NCBI GenBank assembly: GCA_029953675.1 | Contig: JAMWBK010000003.1 | Coordinates: 1,550,001-1,614,000, forward strand | Reading direction: 5' to 3' | Length of the DNA stretch: 64,000 bases | Source: Rhodosorus marinus CCMP1338 | Lineage: Eukaryota; Plantae; Rhodophyta | The notes under the pieces: generated by a model | Told to the model about the DNA's origin: nothing | Seen by the model: only the letters and a program-made list of their open reading frames with translations | Databases searched by the model: none | Made by a program: the position numbers and the translations under genes | Part shown: piece after piece, positions 49,650 through 61,539 of the stretch | Layout of the letters: every line of letters begins with the position of its first letter | Numbering within the stretch: the stretch's first letter is position 1

Positions 49650-50614
49650 CTTAAAAGTCCTTGATATCATCTTGGGCCTTTTAGTTTATTAAAATAACCC
49701 ACCAGCGATCAAAGCTGAGCGTAGACCATGAAAAAGACAGTTTTACCCCCCCCCGTCGGGGGTTCTCTCCCACCCACGAGCCGTCGGTAAACGTGCAAAA
49801 AAAGTGATGAAAAACAAGTAACCATTCTAGAAAAGGTTCGCTGTCCGTGTAGGCTTTGCGAGACCGTCGCTAAACAAATAAAAAGGAAAGAAAAAAAGTA
49901 CAGGCGTTTGTTTCAGGAAAATTAGAGTGAAGCAAATCCGAATCCTAAAAAAGTTAGAAAAAAACTGATTGACGTCCCAATCCATTCTGAAGATATTTTA
50001 AACAAGTTATTTCTCCAGGGGTCAATGAACAAAAAAACTGTCCTTGAATATATTTATGAAATTTTTAACCCCCTAGAAGAACATTCGATGGCGGTGGTAG
50101 ATATAAATACCTAGGGGGGGTTAAATTCTTGGTTCCCGCCGGTTCATTGCCAGCGAGAGCTTAAAAACATCAAATAGCCCCTAAAATCTCTCACAAATAA
50201 ATAATTCTAGAAAGAATACAAGAAACAAAAAGGGGCATCAAGATTCAAAAAATAGAATGTTTTTTAAAACATTTCTAGAAGGATACCGGAAAAATGACGT
50301 TTTTCCACCGTTTTTGTATTGTCTTTTACAAATTTTATTAAGGAGCATTGAAATCTTCGGATAAATTAGGGTTTTCGAGGGGCGTCTGTGTTATTACTGC
50401 GGGGACGCCCGAGCTTCGTTTTTTTATTCGATTTTCTTTAACTGATTAGAAAGGCATGACAACGGGACGGAAGACGCGGTTTGAGGAGAGCGGGTTTAGA
50501 CTTATGTAGTTTCAGGCGAAGAGGAAGGAGGGGAGCGTGTGAGTGGGGTTGGTGGAAGTGTGCAGTAGGGATATGGTACAGGGGAGTTGAGCAGGTGGCA
50601 GTTTGGGTTTGAGC

Positions 50615-50634
50615 AACAAAAAAAACAAAAAAAA
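50615..50634 (+). promoter_or_regulatory. A-rich tract upstream of the PABP ATG (candidate autoregulatory element)
   Basis: aacaaaaaaaacaaaaaaaa (18 of 20 A), about 335 nt before the start codon. The TSS is unknown. Confidence 0.3.
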
Positions 50635-50969
50635 GGGGCGGAGGGGGGGGTGGTGGTGGTGGTCTGGATTTTTGAGGGGAGCGGGTGAAAGGTGTTGAGT
50701 GCTTTGAGTTTGGAACAAGAGACCGGGAGGGGGATTGGTTTTCCGTTCTTTGGCTTTTTCGTCTTGGGGCCTCGACATCGTGCGTTTTCTTAGTTGCTGT
50801 TTTTGGAGGGGGACGGAGTGGTGATTGTTTTGGTACTTTGAAAACGATCTTAAAGGGAGGTCAGGGTTTGCTGTGTGCAAAGCGAAGAGCATCTGTCGGC
50901 AGGAGTCTACCTCAATCCGTTTAGGAGTCGTTCATTGTTTCTTTAGTCGTTGCATATCTGTTGGAGGAT

Positions 50970-53865
50970 ATGAGTACGCAAGCAGAGAACCCTACGGTCG
51001 CACCGGCTCAGGGCGACGCGGCCGAGCCTGCCACGGATGCATCTGTGGCCACGCCCGCAGGTGAAGAATCGACGGCGGTGAAGGAAACCACGGCTGCATC
51101 TGTGGCCACGCCCGCAGGTGAAGAATCGACGGCGGTGAAGGAAACCACGGCTGCAGAGCAATCCGATGATGCTGCTGGAGAGGATACTACTGCAGCTGCC
51201 CCTGCGGACGCGACTGCAGCAGAACCGGCTGCAACTGAGCCAGCCGAGACCGGAGCGCCGGAAGGGGACAACCCAACCGAAGTGGCCGGTGCTGAGAAGA
51301 GCTCTGAGGCAGAGGGGAAGATCGATCCTGCAGAACCAGTTACTCCGGTGGCTATGCCTGACGAGAGCGCGGCTGCATATCCTCAGGACATCAGCGGATC
51401 CAGCGCTGAAAATGAGGAAATGGTTATTGGTCCAGATGGAGAGCTAGTCTCACCGGATGCTCCTCAGGCGTCGGCCTCTCTCTATATTGGCGACCTGCAC
51501 CCGGACGTAACCCAACAGGACTTGTACGAGTTGTTCAGTCAAGTCGGGCAGATTTCGTCATCCAGAATCTGCAGGCACAGCGAAACGAGGAAATCACGTG
51601 GATATGGTTATGTGAACTTCCAGTCGGTCCTTGACGCGGAGAGAGCACTTGACACGATGAACTACCATTCATCAGCTATCACCAGAGGTACGGGGACTTG
51701 CTTCCAATGCGCTGGCCTTGTTCATTTGTGATATGCTGCTAACATGACAATTTCGACGTTTGAAACGCGTGTTTGAACTTTCAGATCGACCTCTCCGAAT
51801 CATGTGGAGGCACCGAGATCCGTCACTTAGAAAGTACGGACAGGGAAATCTGTTCATCAAGAATCTTGACAAGTCCATGGATATCAAGACCTTGAACGAT
51901 GTTTTCTCACCCTATGGACACATCATGAGCTGCAAAGTGCAGACTGATGAAAACGGAGTGTCGCAAGGGTGAGTTCGCATGATCCTGGCTCATAAACCTT
52001 TGCACTCTTTGTTGACTGGGGAAATGGGATTTCCTCCTTCGCTTGGAACAGGTTTGGATTCGTTCATTTTGAGAAGAAGGAGAGCGCGGACCGAGCTATT
52101 GAGGAAGTCAACGGAATGAAAATTAACGGAAAGCCGGTATACGTCGGACCGTTTATGAGTAAGAAGGATAGAGAGGCAACGGGACAGGCTCACAAGACGT
52201 TCACGAATGTGTATATAAAGTATTTGGACGAGTCGGTCTGCTCAAAGGTATGTGAAATTAGGCGTAGTGAGGAAGTGTATATCTCCGGGCTTACCAAACT
52301 TTGTTTACATGATCGCTCAGGAGAAAGTGGAAGAGCTATTCTCCAAGTTTGGCGAAATTACGTCAACTTACGTTCCAAACGGCGAGAATGGCACACCGAA
52401 GGGAGTTGCGTTTGTCAACTTCAAGGATCCGTCCGGGGCTGAGCAAGCTGTGGACGAAATGAACGAGGTAGAAGTTGCGGGAAAGAAGCTTTACGTCTCG
52501 CGTGCGCAGAGGAAGTTGGAACGTGACGCCGTGCTGAGGCAACGATACGAGTCCCTCAAGCTTGAGAGGTTTAAGAAACTACAAGGTGAGTCGTGGTTCC
52601 GCGCTTGCTCGTACATGAATCCCTTCGCATCGCCGATATGGTAATCCTTATTGGATGGGACTTGTTTTTCAGGAGTGAACTTGTACGTTAAGAACTTGAG
52701 TGAGGACATTGATGACGAGAACTTGAGGGGTATATTCACGCCTTACGGAGAAATTACAAGCTGTAAAATAATGAGGGACGATCGGAACAATTCCAAGGGC
52801 TTCGGCTTCGTCTGTTACGCAAGCCAGGCGGACGCGAACAAAGCCGTATCTGAGCTGAATGGTCAGATGATCGGTGGGAAGCCCATTTACGTTGCTCTCG
52901 CTCAACGCAAGGAATTCCGGAAAGCCCAGCTCGAGGTAAGTCAAGAACCCGCTTTCGGCTGCAGTTACACCAACGAAACTCACGTGCGCATGCTGCTACT
53001 GCTCACACTTCTCCAGCGCATGAGGGCTGCGAACGCGATGTCCCCGATGTATCCGCCTGCCGGAGCACCGCTGTTTTATCAGAACGCTGGAGTAGCTCAG
53101 CTGAACCCCGCGGCCATGGCAGCAGTAGCAGCCGGTAGAGGGGTTCCCCAGCAGTACATCAGCCAATATATGCTGGGACGTGGCGCACCCGTCCCAGGTG
53201 GCGTTGTTCCCGCTGGGAGGGGATTCCCACCGCAGGCAGTACCGACTCTGCCTGGGGCTTACGACACAACAGGAGTTGGCGCCACGCCTCAACGCACACG
53301 CTCAGGGCGGTCAAGACCTGGAGGACCAGGTATCTGAGCTCTTGCATGTTTGCTTGAACTATGAGGTTTTTTTTGCAAGGATCAATCCTGAAGGTTTTGG
53401 TCATCTTTCGTTCTTGTAGGATCCGGCCGAGGGGGACCGCAACAAGGAGGACGTGGTCGTGGAGGAAGTCACCCGACTGGATCGCAGCAGCAGATTAGAT
53501 ACACTGCAACTGCTCGCAACGCTCAAACCCCGAATGCTGCGCAACCGATGGCGGCAGCGCCTGCGCCGGCGACTGTACCCGCACCTGAAACGGTGGCGGC
53601 AATGCCTGGTGCCAACGGCCAGACTCCTCTGACCATTGAGATGCTGGCCAATGCATCCCCGGCGGAGCAGAAGACCATGCTTGGTGAGCGTCTCTACCCA
53701 CTCATTTACGAGAGAGAACAGCAGCTGGCTGCGAAGTTGACCGGTATGATGATCGGGCTGGATATCTCCGAGATTCTCCATCTTCTGGAGAGTCCTGCGG
53801 CGCTTGAAGAAAACATTAAGGAGGCTCTTGAAGTATTGCAGGAGCACAACGATACCGCTTCCTAA
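50970..53865 (+). CDS. PABP: Cytoplasmic poly(A)-binding protein (4 RRMs, linker, MLLE/PABC domain); 7 exons
   Basis: [88 protein letters not shown]. Six GT-AG introns restore the frame (e.g. 51688-51784 and 51969-52051). Confidence 0.97.
51039..51152 (+). repeat. Perfect in-frame 57-bp duplication in the PABP N-terminal extension
   Basis: [19 protein letters not shown] occurs twice with identical nucleotide sequence. Confidence 0.97.
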
Positions 53866-55414
53866 CTTGTTGATTCGCGGCTTGCGGGCTCGTAGCGCCG
53901 CGGGGTTTGCTTGAAGGCTTGTCGTCTGAACTCCTTTTTGAGGAACAGCGCAGCCCGGAAAGAACGTTGGGCGTTGCGAGAAAAAGCCCGAAGGAAACCC
54001 TAATTGTATGGGGGAGTCTTCTGAACGCTTTTTTTTAACCTTTTTTTTGGAACTAGAAAACCACCTATCTATGGCAAATTGGGTTTGCCACCATTACGGA
54101 CAAAAACAGGAAAAAAAAAAAAAAAAAGCAAAATCCCACACAAAATTCTCAAACACCTGTCGGTTGCATTTCCCCCCAACACCCCGCCTCCTCAACGCAT
54201 TCAAAAGCTCTCGAAACGCCTTTGCGATTCGAAAGAACCAGTCGAAGAGTCTATCCTTGTGTTAAATAGTTGAACCAAACTGTTTGCGACTTTTCATTTC
54301 CTGTAGACACCCTAGATCCGCATCAGGAAGTCAACTGCAGATGATTATCCAAACGATCCAAACCTCATCGTAAAATTCTGAAGGGACTCTTCAAGAAAAC
54401 TTCAAGGGAGGTTCAGGAGAATGCCTATCATCTTGTGGATAGCCGCGGTTGGGCCAACTTGACCTCTCAGTTTATCCAACTCATTTGCTCCACCTGGAAT
54501 GTAGATTCAGTGACCCCAAGGAGCCTGGATCAAGTTCTGTTCCTCAGCTGGATATGCAACGTTGACATTCTTCGAACTGTATGAGGAGGGGCAACGTGCG
54601 CACCCTCAGCTCCAAACGCTGTCCAGATCGTTACTATTTGGCTCCCAAGGCGGAGCTCCGGCATCAAAGTCGTCGTTGGGTCAGAAGAACTAACTCAAAA
54701 GTGGATCTAGCAGATACCAAGACTTTTAACTGATTAACTCATGCGGTACGAAACTCCCTGAGAATATATCTTCCCGTTCCAGAGATCAGCATATCGTAGT
54801 GAAAAGCCAAGGATTCTGCTCCATGAGTGCTTAACGTTGCTACCTCAAATGGAGACAACTGTGCACCCCTCGAACTGATTTGATGAAGTGCGTACAAAGC
54901 CATTGAGAAACGTGATTCTCCTTCGGACTTCGAAGCTGCTCCTGCTGTTGACTCCGACATATTCCGAGTTTTCTCAATAGCGTTACGGGAAGGGCGCATA
55001 GCAGGATATCCACAATCAGAGTTCAATTAAAACTGGTATCGATTAAGTGGCTGAACTCTCGCTTTCGACTTCCCATACTCTGTGGCGTATCCAATGTAGC
55101 CGCAGATATCAGCATCTGTTAGACTGTCCTTTAGAGTTGTCGCCATGCTTGGAGACTCAACACCAGGCTCTTCAACGGGTCAATTCGTCCCTCCTTTTTT
55201 TAGTTTTATCTCTTGTTGCGGTAGATCCGTGCGCTTGCGGGCGTAGAAATATCTACCCGCGTGACTTGTGGGCGAGCCCCATAGGCTGGCTTTCAAGGTA
55301 GCTCCGAACTATTCTCAGATGTACAACGGCATATTCTCTTCCGTAGAGGGCTTCGTGATCAACTCAATTCAACTCCTATTCTGAGTTAATTGCAAGGAAG
55401 AGATCTCATCTGGT

Positions 55415-56034
55415 CTAAGTTTTGGAGCTCCAATAACTGTCCATGTCGGCGTCTAAATCCCCCAAGCTTTTGCTCTCCTTGCCATTTCGTTTCGTCGTGG
55501 CCGATCCGGTTCCTCCCGATTCTTTTCCGGGCTCCTTCCTCGACATGTACGAATCCATTTCCATGTCCATTTCTTCGGTTGACTTCTTCTGCTTTTCGGT
55601 TCGCCCTTTTCCCTTCGGAGGGCCCTTCTACAGACACAAGGAGAAGAATAACCAAGCAAATCAAGGTTAGGAATCCATCAGCTCGCTGAAAAGTCAAGTA
55701 AAATAGTATTCTATACCTCAAAACTCACCTTCCTCTTACTACTCAACTTCCCGACCTTCTTTCCATCTCTCTTCTTAATCTCATCCCTTGTGATAATCTT
55801 CCTAACGCGCGGAGTAGTCTCTTTCGTCGCCCTACCGCCAGCTTTCTCTGACAAAGCCGCAAACCTAGCACTTAAACCACCAGCACCCCCACCCCCACCC
55901 CCGCTGCGACCACCGCCACCGCCTCCTCCGCCGGTGTCTTCTACCCGCGTTCTTACTCTACTATTATCTTTCGTGGCCTTCCTCACCGCGTCAAGCACAC
56001 TACCACCAGATCTAGTTGCTCCCCTCGGTTTCAT
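55415..56034 (-). CDS. CHTOP/FoP / UIEF-like mRNA export adaptor with a duplicated C-terminal UAP56-binding motif; 2 exons, 172 aa
   Basis: Exon 1 (56034-55729) is Gly/Arg-rich and contains LSARFAAL. Intron 55728-55628 (GTGAGT...TGTAG, phase 0). Exon 2 encodes KSTEEMDMEMDSYM and KSLGDLDADMDSYW, then a stop. Exon 2 is absent from the ORF track. Confidence 0.8.
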
Positions 56035-56535
56035 CTCATCCAATATTCGACAACAAAAAAACAAGGCAATCCTAAAAAATATCCTACCTCCTCTTCTTCC
56101 CCTCCCAAAACTCTTCTACAGAAGACGGCAGCACCTCAAAACAAACAAAACCGAATTTCACGAACTCGGGTCACTAGAAGAAATCAACAAGAGAACGTTT
56201 CAAAACTTTTCCTTCACTTGTTCACCTCCAACTGATCAATCCAGTTTTGCTCCCACCTTAACTCAACCCCAATCAGCTTCCCACGAAGAAAACATTTCCA
56301 TGAAACAAGACTTTGAAGCACAGGCCTTTCCCACCCAAACTTTGTCCTCGACGAAGACGTTCAGACAGACACCCTTTGGCATTCACATACTCAAAACCTC
56401 AGTTACATCTATTGATGTACGAGGCGTCAATCGCGTCCCCGCCATCCTTTTCGCGCGAAGAAGCGTAGGCGTACATTCGAGTCTTCGCGATTTGCTCCAT
56501 CAGGCGTTCTCTTATGGTCTTCATTAATCTCTTTT

Positions 56536-56913
56536 GAAGAAACGGTCTTGGTTCTGGAACAGTAGTAACGCCAATGAAAGCTGGAGACGTCCGTGCCTTT
56601 CTGAGGAAAAGAGGACCCGAGGCTTGAGTCCATCAGGGTCCTTCCTGGTCGAAACGACGCTCGCACATGTTCGTCAGTTAACCTCTGTCGAAGAAACGGC
56701 CTTGCTTCTGGAACGCTAATAACGACGATGAAAGCTGGAGACGTTCGTGCCTTTCTGAGGAAACGAGGACCCGATGCTTGAGTCCATCAGGGTCCTTCCT
56801 AGCCAAGAAGACGTTCGCATGCGTTCTTCGTAACGGTCTTGGTTTTGTAACAGTAAAAAATACTCATGAAAGCAGGAGGCGGTGTGGCTTTGGGGCCAAG
56901 AAGACCCGAGGCT
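56536..56913. repeat. Degenerate tandem repeat, about 2.6 copies of a ~150 bp unit
   Basis: Units at 56536, 56690 and about 56827 share aacgg.cttg.tt.tg.aac...atgaaagc.ggag...gacccga.gct. Units 1 and 2 are near-identical over about 110 nt. Confidence 0.9.
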
Positions 56914-59900
56914 GAAGTTTGAAGAGTGAGAAAGAGTTTCGGTTTGTTCAGTGTCGTAGCGAAAGCTTGCTTGGTCTGTCTGAAGTGGGAAGAAGTATTC
57001 TGGACGTTGGGAAGATTCCATTGAGCGCCGACTGAGTTTTGGCTCGTGGCAGCACCTGAAAGAATTATGTTCAGCTCTTCCGCTTGTCTAGCCTCTGGCG
57101 CATTCTTTTAGCCCCCTCCAGCGTCGGGACAAGAAGGAACTTGCTTTCGAAACCGAGGAGTTGGACTCACGAGAAGACGCACAGCACATAGCACCTCCTG
57201 AAAAAGTTCGCTGGCTTTCAGAATAACTGTGTTTTTTACACAGGTGCGGCACGGACGGAAGCTTGTGAGTTGATTCTGGTATGCGCCCTGCTTATTTCTA
57301 GGATCACTCGCCGCGCTAGCAAACAATGATCAATGAGCTTGGCGCGTGTGTGGAAACCTGGCTGACGCTAGCTGTGTTTTGCCCTGCGCTTACCAAAGCA
57401 GTGCCATAGTCTTCATTATCGTTTATTCAGAAGACATCAAGGCCGAGGGGAAAAAGGCTAAGCGAAACGGGGAGAACAGGTCTCTAAAACTGAAACCTAC
57501 TAGAAAGCGACGAGATAAAACTCAACGGTGAGCGCAAGCTCGAGTGAGCCTCATCGCGAAAACAGCCTCGAAGCCGTGCCGCTCGAATTCTAAATGAATT
57601 CAAAGACCTCGACAACAACCGGAACGAAAAGGTGTGACACAACTAAAGTCTGGCGGTTTCAACTAGATGTCCACAGATGAGGGCCGCATCCAATGAGGTC
57701 AAATTTGGTATAGAGGAACACTCGTTTATTAAAAGGATCCAAGAGAAAACATTGCTCATTCGAGAGTTTGGTTGGAACCAATTTCATTCGCAGATTACTA
57801 AGACAGGGTGGACAACTGAATTCTGCAAGTGGTATGCAGTGGCTCGTCCATGATCTAAGGAGTAGTGAGCGGAAAAGTACTATCTTCAGCTGCCTTTTAT
57901 GGGACCAGCTAGCTTGGGCATCCTAACCGCGTACCGTTCTCACATTTTTCGAGCACGCTGCAAAGCCCCTTAGCCAAGATGATTTCTTTTTCGTTGTTTT
58001 CGTCGAAAGGCATTCGAGATATGGCAATGTTTCAAGAAGTCGGGAATGACACAAATCCAGAACCAAGGGTCAAAACCAGCATGTGCTGTCACTCAAGTAT
58101 TAGCTTTCCCGACGCCAACGGACAAGACGTAGATAATCAATATTGGCCTGTTTTAATTCAGTTCATCCACGTCTCGAGGCCCTTGAGCGCTGGTCCCAAC
58201 TTCTTGAGAGACTAACAAAAAGGCTTGAATTTTCGTTGGCTTTTCCTTTCTGTCAGGAGACGTGTCTGGGTGACCCGACTGCAAAGCTGCAGAAGCATAG
58301 ATCTTGAACACGAAAACCTTGGTCGGGGGGGAGGGTGGGGGGCTTGGAGCAAATTTTGTTGCTGTCACCCAGATTGTCTACCGCAAGTTGGAACTCCATA
58401 GGCTAGGCGGCCACACTCACCAACAAAAGCGTGTTTTGTCCAAGCACACCGCTCACTCGTGCAACCAAAACCCAAACAAGGTTCTAAATCCCAAAACAGG
58501 AGAACAGACTCAACTACATAAAGTGAATAGCATTAAAAACCTCCTCGAGTTATCATCAATCCTCAAAGTAGTATGGCAAATTGCCCTAGACTGAATACAC
58601 CTCACGCGTTGATCAAAATCCTGCCAGGGCTTTCTAATGACAACGCAAGCTTTTTTGCTGATCAACCCAAGAATGCACCTATCCTCACCAATCACAACAA
58701 CGAAGAACTATAAAGAAATAAATCATGCAGAAACCATATGAAATGACTGACGCACTCTGTGAACGAATCAAATTCTCCTCAAGGAAATAATATTGACTGA
58801 GTCAATCTAATTTTGTTGTCCCTTGATTGGATTTGATATTACGGAGTCTCTAGTGAAAATTGAGTCCCTGAATCGTCTTCGGCGGCAAATCATAAAAAAA
58901 TTCACCAGCTAGGGCCGTGCATGGTATAATTTGGAGAATATCAACGATGAAAGAATTGAATATTTAAAGCATTTTTTTTTTATTGGGAGAGACGAACTAG
59001 TTTTGGAAGTATAGTCCACAACAGAAAAAAAGCGGCGGGGCGGGATATTTTTCTTGTTTTGTTCTACATTTTGGGATTGTAGAACTAAATATAGTAGAGG
59101 AAAATGACGATAGTCCATTAAATATAATTCACTCTTGTCCATGATGCTATGTAAATACAAGTTCTTCGTCCTCGATGAATTTCCTTCGAAAACTTTAGAT
59201 TAGACAATAGTTTTTGTCTGCGGTGGGGGAACATGGTCCGAGTTGAGCTTTTTTCGGCCTGCTTTTACTACGAGGTCAAATACCCCCCCCCCCAAACTCC
59301 TTTTCCCTTCGTGAGAAAGAACTGAGAAAGAACTGCAAGTACGTATCTATCTTCACTAAAATATTAAAATAATATAATGTACGGAAAACAGAGTCTGGAT
59401 ATCCGGTACTTGCTCAGAAGCCCCAATTTGGGACCTGTGCAGGGGGGAAAGGGTAGACAGAAAGACGTTCTACTTGCTTAGTGTTACCGTCTCATGTCGG
59501 CAAGTCGGTATTTTTGATGCTATCCTGAAGCATTCAATAAAATATCCAAAAATCGAATGCGTTCTTGAATGGTAGAGTACGGAATGAAATTCTACGGGCT
59601 ATTAAAAACAAGCATATCTGATCAATAGAGTTAAAACTATTTCAAAAAACTAGAAAATTCGTTTCCTGAGAGGGGGGGGGGGAGGAGGGGTGGTGACCGA
59701 AACGAAACAGAAACATTAGGGTTGGTGGAGAGAGAGAATGGTATTAGCAATACTGATGTTTGAGATGAGGACAAAACTATTGTGTGTGGAGGGTTTTGAT
59801 TTTTTTTTTCTTTTCTGTCTTTTTTATATATAGAGTGATGAGATCTGCGGGTGGATGGGGCAGTCGCAACGGGGAGGAGTTGGGGTGGGTTTGGTGGAGG

Positions 59901-59992
59901 AGGGTGGGGTGTTTGTGCAAGGGGGATTGCTTTGGCAGAGTTTACTTGGGGGTGGGTGGGAGGGGGGGGGCGTATCTGGAAGCTTGAAAAGG

Positions 59993-60220
59993 ATGAGGTT
60001 GATGAAATCTCTGAGCAATAGGCTGACGAGCATTGTCTCGCCTCGGTCTGCTGGGAAGAAGAGCCACGAGATTGTGGAGGAGGATATTGAGGCGAATGTA
60101 TTCTACAGGCGTGACTCGTTCGATGAGTTCATTGTTGAGGCCCGCGCACAGTCTTCGGTGCGGGATCAGCTCGTGAAGATGATGACGATGAAGTCAGAGA
60201 CACAGGCCCGGGTATTTTAA
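59993..60220 (+). CDS. Small hypothetical protein or first exon
   Basis: MRLMKSLSNRLTSIVSPRSAGKKSHEIVEEDIEANVFYRRDSFDEFIVEARAQSSVRDQLVKMM follows a G-rich leader typical of genes in this window. No family recognised. Confidence 0.45.
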   Translation: MRLMKSLSNRLTSIVSPRSAGKKSHEIVEEDIEANVFYRRDSFDEFIVEARAQSSVRDQLVKMMTMKSETQARVF

Positions 60221-61539
60221 TTTGCGATGATGTGGATAGTTGTGTGTCTTTGAAGATATTCGAATAAATGGGACCTCGTTTATCAGTGCAAGTCCCTGTC
60301 GACCACACTCACGCTCTTTGCGAGCAGGCCACTTTCTTCACTTCCAGCAGGAAAAAACAAAGATTGCTGTTCGAGCAGCATTGACGGGAGGGAGCATTGG
60401 AGAAGCGTCCCGTACAGACACCGAATCGTCTCCACTTGAATTGTGGCTCCTAACCCCGCACAATCGCGGAACTCTGAGAACAGTCCAGCGAAAGAGACGG
60501 TCTGAAGGAAAAGAGGATAAGAACCAGATATACTGTATGCAAGTAGAAGCCCATGCCACAGAATATTGTTAATATCAACCGCGCCACCTAAACCCCCCAG
60601 CCCCGTGGTTCACCATACCGCAACCTCATGTCGGACAACCCTGTGAACATGTTTTTCCGAGTATTCTCAAGCTTTGGGTACAAACCGGAATGAAGCCTGC
60701 GACCGACATTGGATATCCTTTCCATCCGTGTTTTGTTTAGCGGCCAGCACTCGGTTGTCCTCGTGTTTAGGTATGACCAGACTAAACGACACTAGCTCGT
60801 AATCTGGTCCGAGCAGAGCAAGTAAGTGCATTGTGGGTTGTGAAGTTCAGGTGAATCCACTGAAAATGGACTATCCCGGCATTCCTATGGAGTCTGAAAG
60901 TTCTTGTGGTGACCAAACTACGTCACAAGATCCTGGCTCGATTTGCAAGAGCTCTGACTTTTCCCTTTGCAATTTCGTTGCTTCATCCGTTCGGAAAAAT
61001 CGCTTTTTCAAGCTCAATGGTTACGCTTAAACTTGATGGAAATCTCGTCTGACAACAGCCGCATCGAGACAGGCCAAATGGAGCAGACACAAAAGATTTA
61101 GTTCCAGCGCCAGAGCTATCTCCTTTAACTCAAAACCATTTGTAGCACGAGTTCGTTTGTATCAAGAAAGGACCTTCAGTCTCTCCGGACGGTCCCTGGC
61201 CTTATTAGGGTCCCGCTCACCTCGCCCTGGAGACAAGCTCTTTTCTCAATTTCACACAAGCTTTTAGTTGAGAGCACAGTATATCTGGCCGGCGGAGGGC
61301 CTCAACAAAAACTAGCTGGAGGATCATCAGTACCAATTGGGGTGCAAACCTGCTGACTAGTTTAGGAGTTCATTCTTCAGACTCATTGAACCAGTGAGAG
61401 GGTCAATAATCTCTGCACAGCGCTTTAATCAACCTTGACTACCTCTTGATACAAAACCCATTGCTACATACTACACAGCAAAAACCCTCCTAACTGAAGC
61501 GCGCTGCGCCTACTAACCGCGCGTAATTCTCGAGTTCTC

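Noticed and set aside
33990-54680. GAPPWEP peptide appearing in two minus-strand frames (about 34020 and 54640)
   Set aside because: There is no similarity beyond 7 residues, and the second occurrence is flanked by stops.
55790-56527. 245-aa + strand ORF
   Set aside because: It is the antisense shadow of the Gly-rich CHTOP-like exon plus low-complexity promoter sequence.
59255-59280. GCTTTTACTA similar to U5 snRNA loop 1
   Set aside because: The loop is imperfect, with no flanking stem or properly placed Sm site.
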